Below the pieces are notes generated by a model. That model saw nothing but the letters and a program-made list of their open reading frames with translations, did no database searches and was not told the origin of the DNA. Of a DNA stretch of 64,000 nucleotides, positions 25,764 to 40,265 are shown in pieces (position 1 is the first letter of the stretch; every line of letters begins with the position of its first letter). The translations under genes were made by a program, and so were the position numbers. The DNA comes from Proteromonas lacertae (Eukaryota), in NCBI GenBank assembly GCA_002245135.1, contig NGBS01000001.1, positions 310,001 to 374,000 of the forward strand, read 5' to 3'.

Positions 25764-28199
25764 CTACTTTTTAGAAAATGCAAATGATTTTTCTATGTTA
25801 CCTCTTCCTCTACCTCTAGATGATCTATTAGGCTTACCTCTACCTCTTCCTCTCACATATGGATTGGGTGCTTGAATATTAGTATTTCTTGCTCCAATTT
25901 GATTAGCAACATCACTAGAATAATTGAATGGTTGATATGCAAGAGGAGATGTGTTATTGTTACTATTATTTCTTTTTTCTGAAGTAGCTTGACTTGGTTT
26001 CTGATCAATGATTGATATTATTTCACCTTTACTATTTGCCCATTTTACATCAATACATAAATCATCTAATGATTGTGTGGTTTCAACCTTTTTTCTTGGA
26101 GTTTCATCTTCTTTCTATTTATAAATAATATATATATATATACACTAACAGCTAATGCTTCTCTCTTCTTCTTATCTTTATTAGTCTTTCTTATTTCATT
26201 ACATTTATCATATATTTCATTCAACTCAGATGGAATTCCATCAGATATTTTCTCAGCTTCTTCATTCAATGATTTACTATTAATTAATGTCAAACTACCT
26301 GATAATAAGTCATTCATATTAAACGATTTAGAAACAGCATCTAATAATGGATTCTTATTACTACAATCAACTGTATTAAATGGAGAAAATAACGATTCTT
26401 CAGATGGAATTAAAATAGATTTACTATCAGTATTATTCCTATTTATCTTTACATTATTATTTGATATAATTTCTCTAGGAGTCCAATCTACACTTTCCAT
26501 TAATTCAGCAATGTTATTTATACTATCAGTTGTCTGAAGTGGTGGTGAATGAAATGATAATACAGTATGTAATGTAGCATTTGGTGATTCTATTAAATCA
26601 ATATTTTTGTTATTAACACTCTCTTTTATTACATTACATATATCATTCATATAAAATGATATATTTGATGGTAATGGATTGAATATACTCATCACATCTG
26701 ATGGATTTCGTGGTAATACTTGTGACAATTTAATCATATCTTTAATCTTCAATATATATTCAGGAGATTCATCTTTCTTCTCTTGCTTGAGTATCTCTCC
26801 ATTCGTGTAATGAATATAAACACTGTTTCTGTGCTTTTGTTAACGATAATCCTCGTCTTTGAATCATTTCTTCACATTCTATTGGATTATATTTTGGTAA
26901 ATGATATGTTTTTAAACATATATCACTACTTCTTAAATATGTGTTTAATATTAATTCACTATTTTCACCTTCACTCTTTTCATATAATTCTCTAGCCATA
27001 CAATCATATACATATAATAAATAATGAGTATCACTTCTTGCATATAATAACTTATCTTCAGATAATGGTCTTTCTCTCCAATCAGCCAACTGATTAGTTT
27101 TGTCTAAGTTAATCTTACAATATCGAAGTACCAATGAAGCATAACTATGTTTATCTAATAATAAATGAACAGAGGCTTGATAGGTGTCAAACATATTCAC
27201 TACATACACACCAAAATCCTTTTGTAACCACAATATATCTTGATTAGCACCATGAAATACTTTAATAATTGATGGATTACAGAATACATTGTTTAGTTTA
27301 TAACATATTGATCTTAATGATATTGTATCTATAATATAATCTTCTTTTCTTGTAGATATTTGCATTAAACAAGTAAATCCTTGATAACTTCTATAACTAT
27401 GATATTCTAAATCTATAGCTATTTCTTTTTGAGTGATTAAATTCTCTAACATTTTATTAAACTCATCTACATTATCTATATAATATAATGGTGTTTGATC
27501 TATTGATAATGGCTCTACTTCAGTATGTGGAAGTAATTGAGAAGGCATAAACTCTAATTGTGTTATTTCATCTAAGTAAGGATGGATATATTCAATATCA
27601 CCATCTGTTATTTCATAACTTGATTCTATTATAAATAAATATCACAAATATATATATATATATATATATATACGAATAGATAGTTCAAATGGTGTAGATG
27701 CATATGGTTTTTCTTTTAATTTTGGTTGGTAAGGTGTAAAATTGTCTATTTTATCTTCAAATTCTTTCTGTGGCTTTTTATCTGTTACTGATTGTGGAAT
27801 TGCTTCTTTATTCAACATTTGTTTGGTCAAATTGATTTGTTTATTCTTTTGTCTTACTCCAGTATGTTCATCTAAACATACATCTGCTTTTTCTAGTAAA
27901 TGGTCAGAAATATCAGCTATTCGTCTAAAATCTATATCTTCTGAATCAGTTATATTAATGTCTGGTGTTACTGAATGACATAGTTTTTGTAGCATAGCTG
28001 AAACTCTTTCTGATGATTTGTTACAAAACTGTTGAAAATCTTCATTTGAGGAATACATTTCGAATGTTCCATCTTGTGACATAGGTAATGACTTTGATAA
28101 CTTTGTTGTATTGACTATTGATCCAAGAATGTCATTTAATGAAATTTTGGACTTTGCTTGAATGAGATAATCAAAAGTTTTCGTCTTTTCTTTGTCCAT
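25764..28199 (-). CDS. RRP6: Exosome 3'-5' exonuclease RRP6/EXOSC10
   Basis: IAIDLEYHSYRSYQGFTCLMQISTR, QLADWRERPL, YARSDTHYLL, HRDC domain; one extra A at ~26775 breaks the conserved EEDESP. Confidence 0.92.
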
Positions 28200-28287
28200 T
28201 TGTTACTCACAACGAATTAATTTTCAAAATGAAATTTAAAAAAAGAAATAGGCTTGAGTTGTCAAACTGGATTCAATTTATTTAGAA

Positions 28288-28787
28288 ATGCCATCTTATT
28301 TGATTGAGCAATGCGCTAATAAACTTATTATTAGAGACAATGCAGATTGTATTTTTTAAATTTATATTCTATGCATAGCCAAATCTATGATGGTTGTAAG
28401 AGTTTCAAATGGCCAAATACAAGTAGAAGAAAGTGATCCAAAGTTCGAAAGATCATCAGCAATTTATTCTTCACAAGGTGTTATTGGAATTTACAAAATG
28501 GCAGATCGTATTTTATATTCTATTGATATAATTCAAAATAGACTTTTTTCTTGCATCAATCAAGCAAAGTCGTGAAACAAGAATATACATCCATAAATTC
28601 CAAATAATTAATGTATAAAATATTGTAATTATTCATTCCTAATAGATTGAAGATGTTGAAATCATTCCAATCTTAGACTATCCAGAAAATCCAGTAGAAT
28701 TAAAAGTACAAAAGATGATTACAGAATTATATAAATCAAAACAATTCTTTTATTGTTGGAGTTATGATATTTGTTCTTCATTACAAA

Positions 28788-28821
<34 letters not shown>

Positions 28822-30235
28822 GAACATTCAGAAGGACCAGATGCAGACAATCAATTCATATTCAATCACGATTTATACCAAAGATATACCAACACACCAT
28901 TAATGAAATATACTCCTCATTTAATGAGTGGTTTTTGTGAACAAATCAAAGATTGCTGTGTAGAAAATCATTATTTCAATATGATATTAATATCACGTAG
29001 AAGTAGATATCATTCTGGTACAAGATTCAATACAAGAGGTTTGAAGAATTCAAAATGTGCTAACTTTGTTGAAACTGAACAAATAATTCAAATGATTAAT
29101 GAAAATCAAGAAGCAACTGAAGAATATTACAGTGTAACACAAATTAGAGGTTCTATTCCAGTCTATTGGCAACAAAATGTAACATTGAAATATACACCAA
29201 AAGTGACAATCTCCAAAGATGAACAACAAAATAGAAATGGATTTTTAACTCATATTAAAGAAATTACATCTCAATATGGAGGTATTACAATAGTCAATTT
29301 GATTGATAAAAAGAAAGATCAATTGATATTAGGTAAAGAATATGAAAGATACAGTGAGGAGTTTAAAACTGAATATAAATTACATTATATCTGGTTTGAT
29401 TTCCATAAAGAATGTGCAAGAATGAAATGGGAAAATTTATCAAAATTAATGGCAGATATTGATGCAGATATAAAAGCATATGGTTATTTCCATATTAAAT
29501 CAGATGGTAATGTAGATAAAAAGCAAACAGGTGTATGTCGTACTAATTGTATGGACAATTTAGATAGAACAAATGTAGTACAATCTTTAATTGGTAGAAG
29601 AGTTGTATTATATATATTTGATTCACCATCATCATTGACATTAGATAGTGTATTAAATTCACCATATTCACAGTTTGAAGTATTATTTAAAGGTGTTTGG
29701 AGTGATAATGCTGATAGATTATCTTATTTATACAGTGGAACAAACGCCTTAAAAACTGATTTTACTAGAACAGGTAAAAGAACATTCCAAGGTTTATGGG
29801 ATGATGGATGTAACAGTATGATGAGATATTATTTGAATAATTTCTGTGATGGATGTAAACAAGATGCTATTAATCTATTAGTAGGAGATTATACAATATC
29901 TGAAGATGTTTGTAAGAAAATAGCAAAGAAACAAAATGCATTTGTATATATATATCTTTTATTTTATTGAATAGATGATGTTTTTAAGAGATTTAGCTGT
30001 TATATTAGCAATTATTGCATTTTCTATTGCATTCTCCTTCCCTGGACCTTATAATAAAGTTGCTTCTGCTTTAATGGTATTTACTGCAATATTATGTATT
30101 TTATACATGTTTTTGAAGAAAGGAAATAAGATTGGTTTGAGATATACTGATAAGGTATTTATATTTGTGTTTTTATATTATTTATAGCCAATTCTGTTGA
30201 AAGAAACCAAAGCTGATCTTAGAAAAGAGGATTAA
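28288..30235 (+). CDS. SAC1: SAC1 phosphoinositide phosphatase
   Basis: ISRRS..GTRFNTRG, ANFVETEQ, QIRGSIPVYW, RTNCMDNLDRTNVVQ, ALKTDFTRTG, two C-terminal TM segments. Confidence 0.92.
28789..28818. repeat. (TA)n microsatellite inside an intron (similar tracts near 27650, 31410, 32570, 34250, 39130)
   Basis: Directly visible TA runs lengthening GT-AG introns. Confidence 0.85.
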
Positions 30236-30382
30236 ATCAGTCATTTTTCTGCTATTCTAATATTATATTATTCACTTATTATTACTATGTATGTTTGTGT
30301 TTGAATATCTATTCAGTACTCACATTATGGAATAGTGTCTATTCAATTTAATAGAAAAACGATTAAAAAAATCAACATTTTC

Positions 30383-31404
30383 ATGTCTCGTTTCTTCATA
30401 GCTTCATTTCCAAAGAAAGTGAATCTATCGTTAGCCAATTCCTTTCCTAATATAATGGCTGAAGTATAGTCTCTTTTTACATTTAGTACAACTCACATCC
30501 AGAACTTGATTGGTCTTTCAACTGTGATATATCGAGGGATGAGAATAATATATTGTATGGGATAGTTTTTAATTTCATAGATTCTGTGTGAAACCCAATA
30601 GCAAAAGAATTGATGTGAAAGACCCAAGTAAGTCTTTTCCATTTAAAGTGTATGATTTGAATGAATTAGTTCATCCTGAGGTATGCATGGTAAATGTTAT
30701 TGATCCTAGGAAGAAACACTTGAAATCTCAGTAGAAAAGACAGATGTGATGTATAACATATTCATATTATTTTAATAGCGAAGAGATTCCAGAAAGTAGA
30801 AGAGACTCTCAAGGAGGAATGATAATTCCATTAGAAGTATTTTCTCATTTTGTATAATCAATAGATTGATATGGAACAAGTATTGAAAATCATGTTTGAT
30901 ATACTGGAAGTAAGAAGTTCAACTGTAGTCACCACTGAAACAAACGATTTCGAGATTAAATTCCCAATCAAGCCAAACAAGGTAGAAATCGCCATAAAAT
31001 TGTTAAATTCACTTGGTGTAGGTAAAATGTTTGGGACTTATTCCATATTCCCAACAGAAATTTGTAAAGATTCCAATGATAAAAATGCAGATGGTACATT
31101 TGCTGAAACAGTCAAATCCAGAATGGTGTTATTCGAGACATTAGTCAGTAATATCTCTGATGGTGCTGATTTTAGTTTTGATTATGTAGTTCTTTTAATA
31201 ACAGCTGGTATAATTGCAGGAAGTGGTTTAGCAACTAATAATTCAGTTATGGTAGTTGCTGCTATGTTAGTATCACCATTAATGGGTCCTATATTGGCTA
31301 TGACATTTGGTGTATTGATTCATGATTGGATATTGGTGAAGAAAGGGATTATTAATGAAATATATGGAATATTGATATGTGTATATATATTTTTATTTTT
31401 ATTT

Positions 31405-31436
<32 letters not shown>

Positions 31437-32295
31437 GATATTTGTTGGATTATGTTGTGGCGCAGTAGCTGCTCCATTCTTAGATGAAATCAGTTCAGAA
31501 ATGGCTTCTAGAGGTAATGCAATGAATCTGCTAATTGGTCTATCCATTGCTATACCATCAGGTGTTGGTGTTGCATTAAGTATGAGTCAAAGTAATACCA
31601 GTAGTTTGGTTGGAGTTGCTATTAGTGCTTCCTTATTACCACCAGCTGTAAATGCAGGAGAATTACTGTATATATATTTATATAATATTATGAATAGAAT
31701 GTATGGTTTTATTGGTCCAGCAATTCATGGTAATGTTGATAGAGGTGATACAATATTAAAGGCATTTATTAGTTTATGTTTGACACTTTCTAATATTTTA
31801 TGTATTATTATCTTTGGTGCTGCTACATTTTATATTAAAGAAGTTGCTCCTATTCCTGGTAAAACTGCATTTTGGGATGATGTTAAAACTGTCAGACATA
31901 AATTTGATATTTCTCAAAAGACAGTATTATTTTTATTTATCTTTTATTTGTTATATAGATTAAAGCCAATACTGAGACTACAATGAAATTACACAAAGAC
32001 CTCAAGATAATCAACAAAGTAATAAAAGAGAAAGAAGAAACAACCTGTTTCTGTTTTAAGAAGAAAGCTCAAATTGATTATGATGAGATTGAGAATATAT
32101 TGAGAGAGAATACTTATTCTCCTGATGCTACATTGACGTTTAGAAGTCCAGTTGCTTGCCGTTCAGTTACTAAGAGAGCTCAAGAACATAGAGTATATAT
32201 TTATTACGATTATAATTCTTTAGTTGAGTTTAATGTCTGTATTTAATGCACCTGATCCTTCTGAAATGAATAATACTAAGCCAAAACCAGTATAA
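30383..32295 (+). CDS. DUF389 (TIGR00341-like) membrane protein
   Basis: GLATNNSVMVVAAMLVSPLMGPI and LVGVAISASLLPPAVNAG. Confidence 0.85.
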
Positions 32296-32363
32296 AAAAT
32301 ATACATGTAATTGTAAACGTAAAAATAAATGTAATAAAAAAAATAGTTAAATTAAATAATTAT

Positions 32364-33118
32364 TCACAGTAAAAAACCTGAATTATCTTTCAAATAATTT
32401 TCTACTGTTTTGTATCTAATTAAACAAACATAATCATTGTGAATCTCGTTAAAATCATCTACTTCACCTGTAGCACCATAGGTAGTGACTGTACCAATAT
32501 CTCGACATGATTTGAAAATCACAAATTCATTTTTATTTGGTTTATCAACTATTTATAAGAAATAAATACATATATATATATTATACTAACAGTATCATCT
32601 TGTGGAATCTCTCTTAACTCAGCTGGAATTGAATTTAAAAAGGAATTATTGAAGTATTTAACAACCATATCAGAATACTTCTGTAGATAAGTCTTTTCAT
32701 TATTTGATAATAATGCATACACTTCTGGATTGTTTAGAATATAAATATTGTACTTTTCTATCTTTTTAATTCTAATACGAAGATATTGAGAAAGCATGAA
32801 CTTTATTCTTGATATTTCAAGCTATACAGTAAAAATATGTTATTCTTATACTGACCTTAAACTAATAGATAGTCTATTTGAAGCTTCTTTATCTTCTTCA
32901 TTTGACAAATCTTCTTCCTATTCCATTATTATATCAATACAATACTTGATCATGCAATTTTTTACTTATTCCTTCTATTACTTCTACATCATATGGTAAA
33001 AGATTTGATGAAGACTAAAAAATGAATGCAATGGTTAAAATACTTTCTCATTCATTAGTAAATATTTCAACTTTTGTATATCAGTTAATTGTGACTGTGT
33101 GCTACTCAAGCTCTCCAT
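32364..33118 (-). CDS. SLD5: GINS complex subunit SLD5/GINS4
   Basis: NEK..LLPY, EISRIKFMLSQYLRIRIKKIEKY, LLSNNE, PNKNEFV; four introns. Confidence 0.8.
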
Positions 33119-33180
33119 GAAAAAAGAAAAAATAATAATCAAAATATTTGATATGAATCAAGCTTTTAGATTGATTTTTA

Positions 33181-35347
33181 ATGTTTTTCTTAGACTATGA
33201 GAAATATAGATTAAAAAGATTGGGTAAACTAAAACATATTATTCTGCTCTTTTGTGTAATACTCTCTATCCAATGTATATTTAGTATTTCTATTTTTTCT
33301 AAGTCATATATCAAAGTTCTAACCACAATAGATTGTTAAATGATGATGGAATAACAGATCATATATGTGATAACAATATAGAAGTATATTCTGTTTTATT
33401 TCTATTTTAGAATAAATTTCATTGCAAACAGCCTGATTGCGAAGAATTCTGTGATTTATTTAACTATATATATGGTTATTATTGTGGAGTTTTCTCAGGA
33501 ATCCAATGGTTTGGGTTAATCTTCTATTTCTACGTAATTGCTTTTGGTATATATCTAATGGGAGATACAGTCGATGAATACCTATGCAATATATTACAAT
33601 CAATAGTGTTGAAGTTTCGCATATCTCCAAATAATGCTTGTGTAACATTTTATTCAATAGGAAATGGAGCTGTTGATGTATTAATCGTAATTTCTTCTTT
33701 TGTCAAAGATCACTCAGAATTGGGATTATGCTGCAACATTTAGCTCAGGTATATTTGTCTGTACAATCTGTTTGGCTGCAATAATGTTAACTAAAACCTT
33801 TGAAACAATGAAAGCTCAATTTGTTCGAGATATTTCATTCTTTGTTGTTACTGTAGCTTATATATTGATAATGTATTCTGATGGTGTAGTTAAAGTGTAT
33901 GAAGTGATTGTATTCATTATATTATATGTTGTATTTGTTGCAATCATTGTAATATTTGGAGATTGTGGAGATGTAGCCATAAAATGTGTTTCATTATGGA
34001 ATAAATATCGTAACAGTTGTAATAATGCTTCACAGGATAATAATATAGAAAGTGGGGATATATCAGTTCCATTGAATAGTACAGTAAGAAGGAGAAAATT
34101 ATCATTTGTTGATTCTTTATCATCTCCAACTACAACTGATCGTAGAGTGATATTAGAAAGAAGAAGAATTTATACATTGAATAATGATAATGATGATACT
34201 ACTCAAGGATCAGAAGTAAAATTGACTTGGAAACATGTATTTACTGTATATATATATATATATATTATTATTATTATTATAAATTGATTTATTTATGAAT
34301 AGACTGAAGGTCAAAATGAATCAATACTACATCCATTTCATGAAGGTGATTTTGAACCACAACCATATTCCTATGCATTTACAATATTGAAGAGTATAAT
34401 ATATTATTATTATTATTTATTTATTTGTAGATGATCTTAAAGAATGTTTGAATGTTCCCCTATTTTATTATTTTTTCACCATTCCAATGATTCCATTTGA
34501 TATACTTAGAAGAGTGTTTATTCCACTGTATATTCCTGATTATTATAGTAAATCATTTGTTATTACATCAATGCTTGGATGTCCTTTCTTTTTTGCATTA
34601 GTTACTGATTGTATATATATAATATTATTGTTTTTATGAAATAGTGCCTTTATCATCTTATTATCTATTGATTTATCTCTCAATCTCTATCATTCTTACC
34701 ATAATTGTTCTTGCATTTGCTGATACAAATATACATCAAAATCATTGGATAATCACATCGCTAATTATATTAGTTGGTTTTGTTAATTCAGTATTCCTCT
34801 TGTGGCTTATTGCCTCAGAATTGAGTATAATATTATAATTTATATTATATTCTTTAATTAGTTGTTATTATCCATTCAATTTCATTAATTATTAATACTA
34901 ATCACACAATATTAGGTATTTTATTACTTGGAGTTGGTGATTCAATATCTGATTTTATGTCTAACGTAAATATATCAAGACAAGGTTTCCCAGAAATGGC
35001 GATTGCTAGTTGTTTTAGTACTCCTGTTTTTCAATTATTAGTTGGTTTAGGAATTGGCTTTATTATTCAATTAGTTAAATTTGGTAATGCGAATATTGTT
35101 GCTGAGATGAGTAGTGTTGATTTGACAATGGTGTTTATGTCATTGCTGTTTTTGCTTGGTGCTATTTTCTCAACAATTATTGTATATTTTATTTCTTTTC
35201 TATTTTAATGATTAGATAATTCCTTTAACCTTTAAGAAATATGCAAAATACTATGGAATTTATTTAGTACTGTTTTATATCAGTTATATTGTTATTTCCA
35301 TATTACGTACTTTGAATATTCTAGATTTTGACCTTAAGTTTACTTGA
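33181..35347 (+). CDS. Cation/Ca2+ exchanger (CCX/NCLX-like)
   Basis: Alpha-repeats VTFYSIGNGAVD and GIFLLGVGDSISDFMSN, RDISFF, GFPEMAIASCF; +1 break at ~33730. Confidence 0.8.
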
Positions 35348-35460
35348 TAATTATATTTGTTGTTGTAATTTTTGTGTGTATAGGTTGTATTTCTTCTTAA
35401 TTAGTGAGAAAAAGGAGAAATAAATTTCTCAAACAGGTTTGAAAAGTACCGTTTTCAACA

Positions 35461-36448
35461 ATGTATTCTATGAATGCTAGCTCATCGAGTGTGTTTTCGG
35501 GCAGTATGTCCTCATCGTTCGGTTCGAGCTCCATGAAGCCTCATAAATCAAAACATAGATATAACACAGGTAGTTGTTTTGATACTGTGTTGGTCCACAC
35601 TGGAGAAATTCCAGGGGGACATCCACCATTATCTCCAACTACAGAATTGGGAGCTTTTGCTGAATATCATCCTACTGAAAAACCATCTCCTGACAGTATA
35701 TTACTTTTAAAGATAATTTATTATTTTAGACTGGTTACGTAAAGGAACAGGGTTAGGTGGTCATCGTGTATTAACACCATTAGATAAAAAACGATTACAT
35801 GATAAATATCATGCAGAAGTTGTATTAAGAGGACCACAACCAGCAGGAGCTTATCACAAACGTGCCAATCCACCTAATACAGATTTCCGTCGATATTATG
35901 ACAGAGGAGATATTCCAGTTAAAGTAATGCATGGAACAGTAAGAAAATTAGTGTGGTTACAAGAATTCCAAACACTGGATTATTATACATTATTACCGCT
36001 ATTCTTTGACGGATTAAGGGAAGAAGAAGAACCATATCAGTTTTTATCATTTCAAGGATGTAAAGAATTACTAGAACATGGAGAAGAATCAAGAATTTTA
36101 CCAGTTATTCCACAAATTATATTACCATTAAAAACAGCATTAAATACTAGAATATCATATATCATGGTAAAATGTTTGAAGTGTATAAAAGCTTTAATCT
36201 TGGCTGGTGAATCAATTGGAGAAGCTTTAGTTCCTTATTATCGTCAGATATTACCAATATTGAATATATATTGTGTATTTGATAGAAATTTGGGAGACGG
36301 TATTGATTATCATCAAAGATGTGATGATAATGTTGGTGTATTAATTGGTGAGGTTTTAAATATGATGGAAAGAAATGGAGGGCCTGATGCATTTATTAAT
36401 ATTAAATATATGATTCCAACATATGAAAGCTGCATGGATCATGAATAA
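35461..36448 (+). CDS. PACRG: Parkin co-regulated protein (axonemal inner-junction protein)
   Basis: FRRYYDRGDIP, LDYYTLLPLFFDGLRE, ILPVIPQIILPLK, GEALVPYYRQILP, GGPDAFINIKYMIPTYESC. Confidence 0.92.
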
Positions 36449-36597
36449 TTTCACAATAAAGAATTATTTTTATTATTTATATGTCTATTTTCTATTGTAT
36501 TGTGGATTATTTAAAACCAATAAATATATAATAAAGTAATGATATATAATATAATATGGAATTAATATAAAAATAACAGATGTTAAACTTAACCACT

Positions 36598-37166
36598 CTA
36601 TTCTTCCATTGGATTAGCTTCAGGATCCATTTCAGCATCTTCTTCATCCATATCAGCATCTTCACCTGGTAACTTCTTTGGTTCTTTGCTAATTAAGTTC
36701 TTGTGAATATGTGGAATAACACCTCCTCCTGCAATTGTAGCTTTGATCAACATATCTAATTCTTCATCACCACGAATGGCTAATTGAAGATGTCTTGGGG
36801 TAATACGCTTCACTTTTAAATCTTTTGAAGCATTTCCTGCTAACTCAAGAACTTCTGCTGCTAAATATTCTAAGATAGCTGCGGCATAACTATTGATAAT
36901 AATAATATCTTCTTATCATACACAGCTGCTGTAGCACCAACTCTTTGCTTTGCTGCTATTCTACTTTTCAAGAAACGATGAATACGACCAACAGGGAACT
37001 ATAGGGAATAAGAATATGATAGTACTTGTAAGCCGGCTTTAGCTGATCGTGATTGTGGTTGCTTCTTAGATGTTGGGGCCTTACCTCCCTTACCTCCCTT
37101 ACCACCTTTTCCTCCTTTTCCAGACTAGATAAAGTTAAATAACAAATAAGCAGTAGGTTATACCAT
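36598..37166 (-). CDS. H2AZ: Histone H2A.Z
   Basis: [62 protein letters not shown]; first coding exon is the ATG alone. Confidence 0.95.
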
Positions 37167-37286
37167 TTTTCTCTTTTAAAAAAATAGGAGTAAAAAATAA
37201 TTAAACGCAATGTTGTTTAAATAAAATTAAATAGGAATTAAATACTTGATGTATATTAAATAAATTTTGCGGTTTATTAGTTTTAG

Positions 37287-37298
37287 TTTCGCGCCAAA
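37287..37298. promoter_or_regulatory. Candidate E2F site TTTCGCGCCAAA upstream of H2A.Z
   Basis: Matches the canonical E2F element; CG-rich word in otherwise AT-rich intergenic DNA, ~120 bp upstream of the H2A.Z ATG. Confidence 0.45.
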
Positions 37299-37612
37299 AA
37301 TTAGTGAATCTAAATCTTTAATTATTAGTTTATTGAGCATTTAGACAATGATATGCAGTTGACATATTAAAAATATGTTTAAATTTTCAAATTTAAGTCA
37401 GAACAAAATCAATCCCCTCATTATAAATCCACACAATTAACATAAAAATCCACATTTAAGTGCTAATTTGTCAATATGAATAGATTAGCTGATTATATAA
37501 TTATGTCTTGCATAATTAGAAAATCAATTTAATATTTTGAAGATTTTATGTATGATATATATGTTAATAAAAGCAATAAAACAAAATATCAACAAAACGA
37601 ACAACTTATAAT

Positions 37613-38494
37613 TTAATTCTCAGAAATGATTATATTAAACGCATCAGATTGTTTCTTACAATACACTTTTTTCATATTATATCCATACTTTTCAAATATG
37701 CTATATATATCATCTTCTCTTTTCCTGAGTATAAGTAGGTTTTTACACAATAATTCCATATGAAAATGTCTAACTAATTTCCTTTTGAGTATTTCTCTTG
37801 CTCCTTTCAATGCAAAATATTCATACCCTTCTATATCTAAACAAGCTAAGTGGACTTTTCCATTAAAATTGGATAAAAGTCTATCTAAAGAATATATTTT
37901 TATGGGAAAAGTTAAATAGTCTTGTTTATCTTCTAGTATAGAAGAACCACCCCAGTTTCCTTTTCTTATTTTAATTGCAGATTCTTTTGACATTTCACCT
38001 ACTCCATATGGATATAGAATAACATTCTTTAGCATTTGAGGGTTTTTCAACAATGATCTTGAATATAAGTTCAAATTTCCTGGAATTGGCTCTATTGATA
38101 TTGTTTTAATTCCTTTATCTAAAAAATTCATTGAACATATCCCTATATTAGCACCAATGTCTAAGAAATAATCATCTTCTCCTCTTCCCGACAGAGAATA
38201 CCAGTATCTTACCAATTCTAGACAATCCATCCAATTACCTCCATTTTTTATGGCTTCACTTATCAAGTCTTTTGGTCTTATGTATATAACAAAATGATTA
38301 GCAGTGTTGACACTTGTAGTACAGTTACTCTTTTCTGAACCTGGATATAATACAGTCTTTTTATCCCATTCTAAATTTTCACTGTTTATGTCTTCTATAG
38401 CAGATGATTGAGACATTTTACTATTCAATTTAAAGAATATCAAAGCAGTCAATCCAACTAAGGAGGTAATAAATATAAAAAAGAATGCTCTCAT
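37613..38494 (-). CDS. FkbM-family SAM-dependent methyltransferase with N-terminal anchor
   Basis: Intronless; FLDIGANIG, SIEP, LDIEGYEYFALKGA. Confidence 0.85.
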   Translation of the reverse strand: MRAFFFIFITSLVGLTALIFFKLNSKMSQSSAIEDINSENLEWDKKTVLYPGSEKSNCTTSVNTANHFVIYIRPKDLISEAIKNGGNWMDCLELVRYWYSLSGRGEDDYFLDIGANIGICSMNFLDKGIKTISIEPIPGNLNLYSRSLLKNPQMLKNVILYPYGVGEMSKESAIKIRKGNWGGSSILEDKQDYLTFPIKIYSLDRLLSNFNGKVHLACLDIEGYEYFALKGAREILKRKLVRHFHMELLCKNLLILRKREDDIYSIFEKYGYNMKKVYCKKQSDAFNIIISEN

Positions 38495-38626
38495 TATAAA
38501 CCTGTCAGGCTACAAATATACCATAAACAAACCACAAAAATTGAATAATTTTTTCGTTTATTTTGTTAGAAAATACACACATTCAAGAAATTGTTTTAGT
38601 AATACATTTATTTTAAATAGAAAAAC

Positions 38627-40146
38627 TCAATCAAATAATTTTTTCACATTCTTATTCCAATTACTACGCCAATCGTCTTTTTTGAATTCTTTCACACCTT
38701 CATGCAAATCTGTTAAAAGTTTGTTATTAGGAAAGTCTGATAATAAATTCTCAAAGCATTTCTCGAGACTTTCACTATCATCAAATAATAATCCATTCTT
38801 ATTATCAACAACAAGCTCTTCAATACAATTGAATCTCATAGCACATACTGGCAGATCTGATCCAAACATATCCACTACTTTCATTGGTAAATCATAACCA
38901 GATGAAGAATTATGAAGAGATACACCTAAATCGCAGCTTCCTAACACCAATGGGTAATTCTTAGGAGATAGCCAAACTGATTTGATGGTAATATGTTTGA
39001 AATGTTGTTTTTCCACTTTCTTCATATATTCATCTCTCAAATCACCTTTACCTGTTATAATGCATAATATATTGGGATATTTATTTGGATTCTTTTCAAT
39101 ACTAATAATAATATAATATAAATTAATATATATATATATATATATATGTTATACACATCATCAAATTTAACAAATGCATCAAATAATATACCAAAATCTT
39201 CATCAGCTGTCCAACTTGTCGAACTAACTAGTAATGCAGGTCTATCTTTATTATATCCATATGTATTTTCATCGATTTTATGAGTAGCAATTGTGTAACG
39301 AGGATCTTTAATTGGTTCATCAGATAAATCACTATGAATTTCAACTAATAGATTATGCATTTCCTAATAAACAAAATGAATATTTCTATTATTATTATTA
39401 TTATTATACGTATAACATGGTATGTTTGAAAAAGTCAGGAGGTTTATCATACAGTACAGTAGCTTCAATATTCCAATTCTTCTTTAACCAATCCTAATAA
39501 TAATAAATAAATAATAAATAAATAATAATATATACTTTCATTGCTTTAGTTACACAAATATGATAATCACCTTTACTACCAAATACTCTTTCAAACCATT
39601 TAGCTATCCTAACCACTATTTTATTATATATATTTATATATATACATACATATATGATTCTCATTGTTGTTAAATCTCAATTTTAGTATTGTATATCCAA
39701 AATTATGCCAATCGATTATTAATTTACTGGATTTTAAACGACATACAACCCAAGCGACAAATAAAGATGGGATACTTGGAGGATTCTGAACAAGAATCGC
39801 ATCTGGAGTTGGTATTTCAAATAATAAAGTATAAAACAAAAATATTATCTATTATTCACACATAATAATATTATAATACCTGTAATAACACCTTTATTGG
39901 AGCATAAAACAAAAAGTATTTTCGATTTACATCTTTAAAGTATTGACGTAGATAATATCTGGTGATTTTTGGATTGTTCCTTACTTCTTCTATACATTCT
40001 TCTCCTTCATATCCTACAATTGATACCTATTATATAAAATGATAAATTCAAACTTTGTGACCATTCTCAGCAAGGGATCTGGCATGATATTGCATTCTTG
40101 GGCTTCTTCCTATATCTCCCAACACCAAAATAGCAATATTTGCCAT
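38627..40146 (-). CDS. ALG1: Chitobiosyldiphosphodolichol beta-mannosyltransferase
   Basis: VLGDIGRSPRMQYHA, VQNPPSIP, IIDWHNFGY, SSTSWTADEDF, SSSGYDLPMKVVDMFG. Confidence 0.95.
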
Positions 40147-40265
40147 TTTATTTTAAGAATAAAGAAATGTGGTTATGAAAATTATTTTTTTGAATCCCCA
40201 CATTTTCTTTTTTTAAATGAATGAGAAATAAACATCATATCTATCAAAATAATATAAATTTTCAA

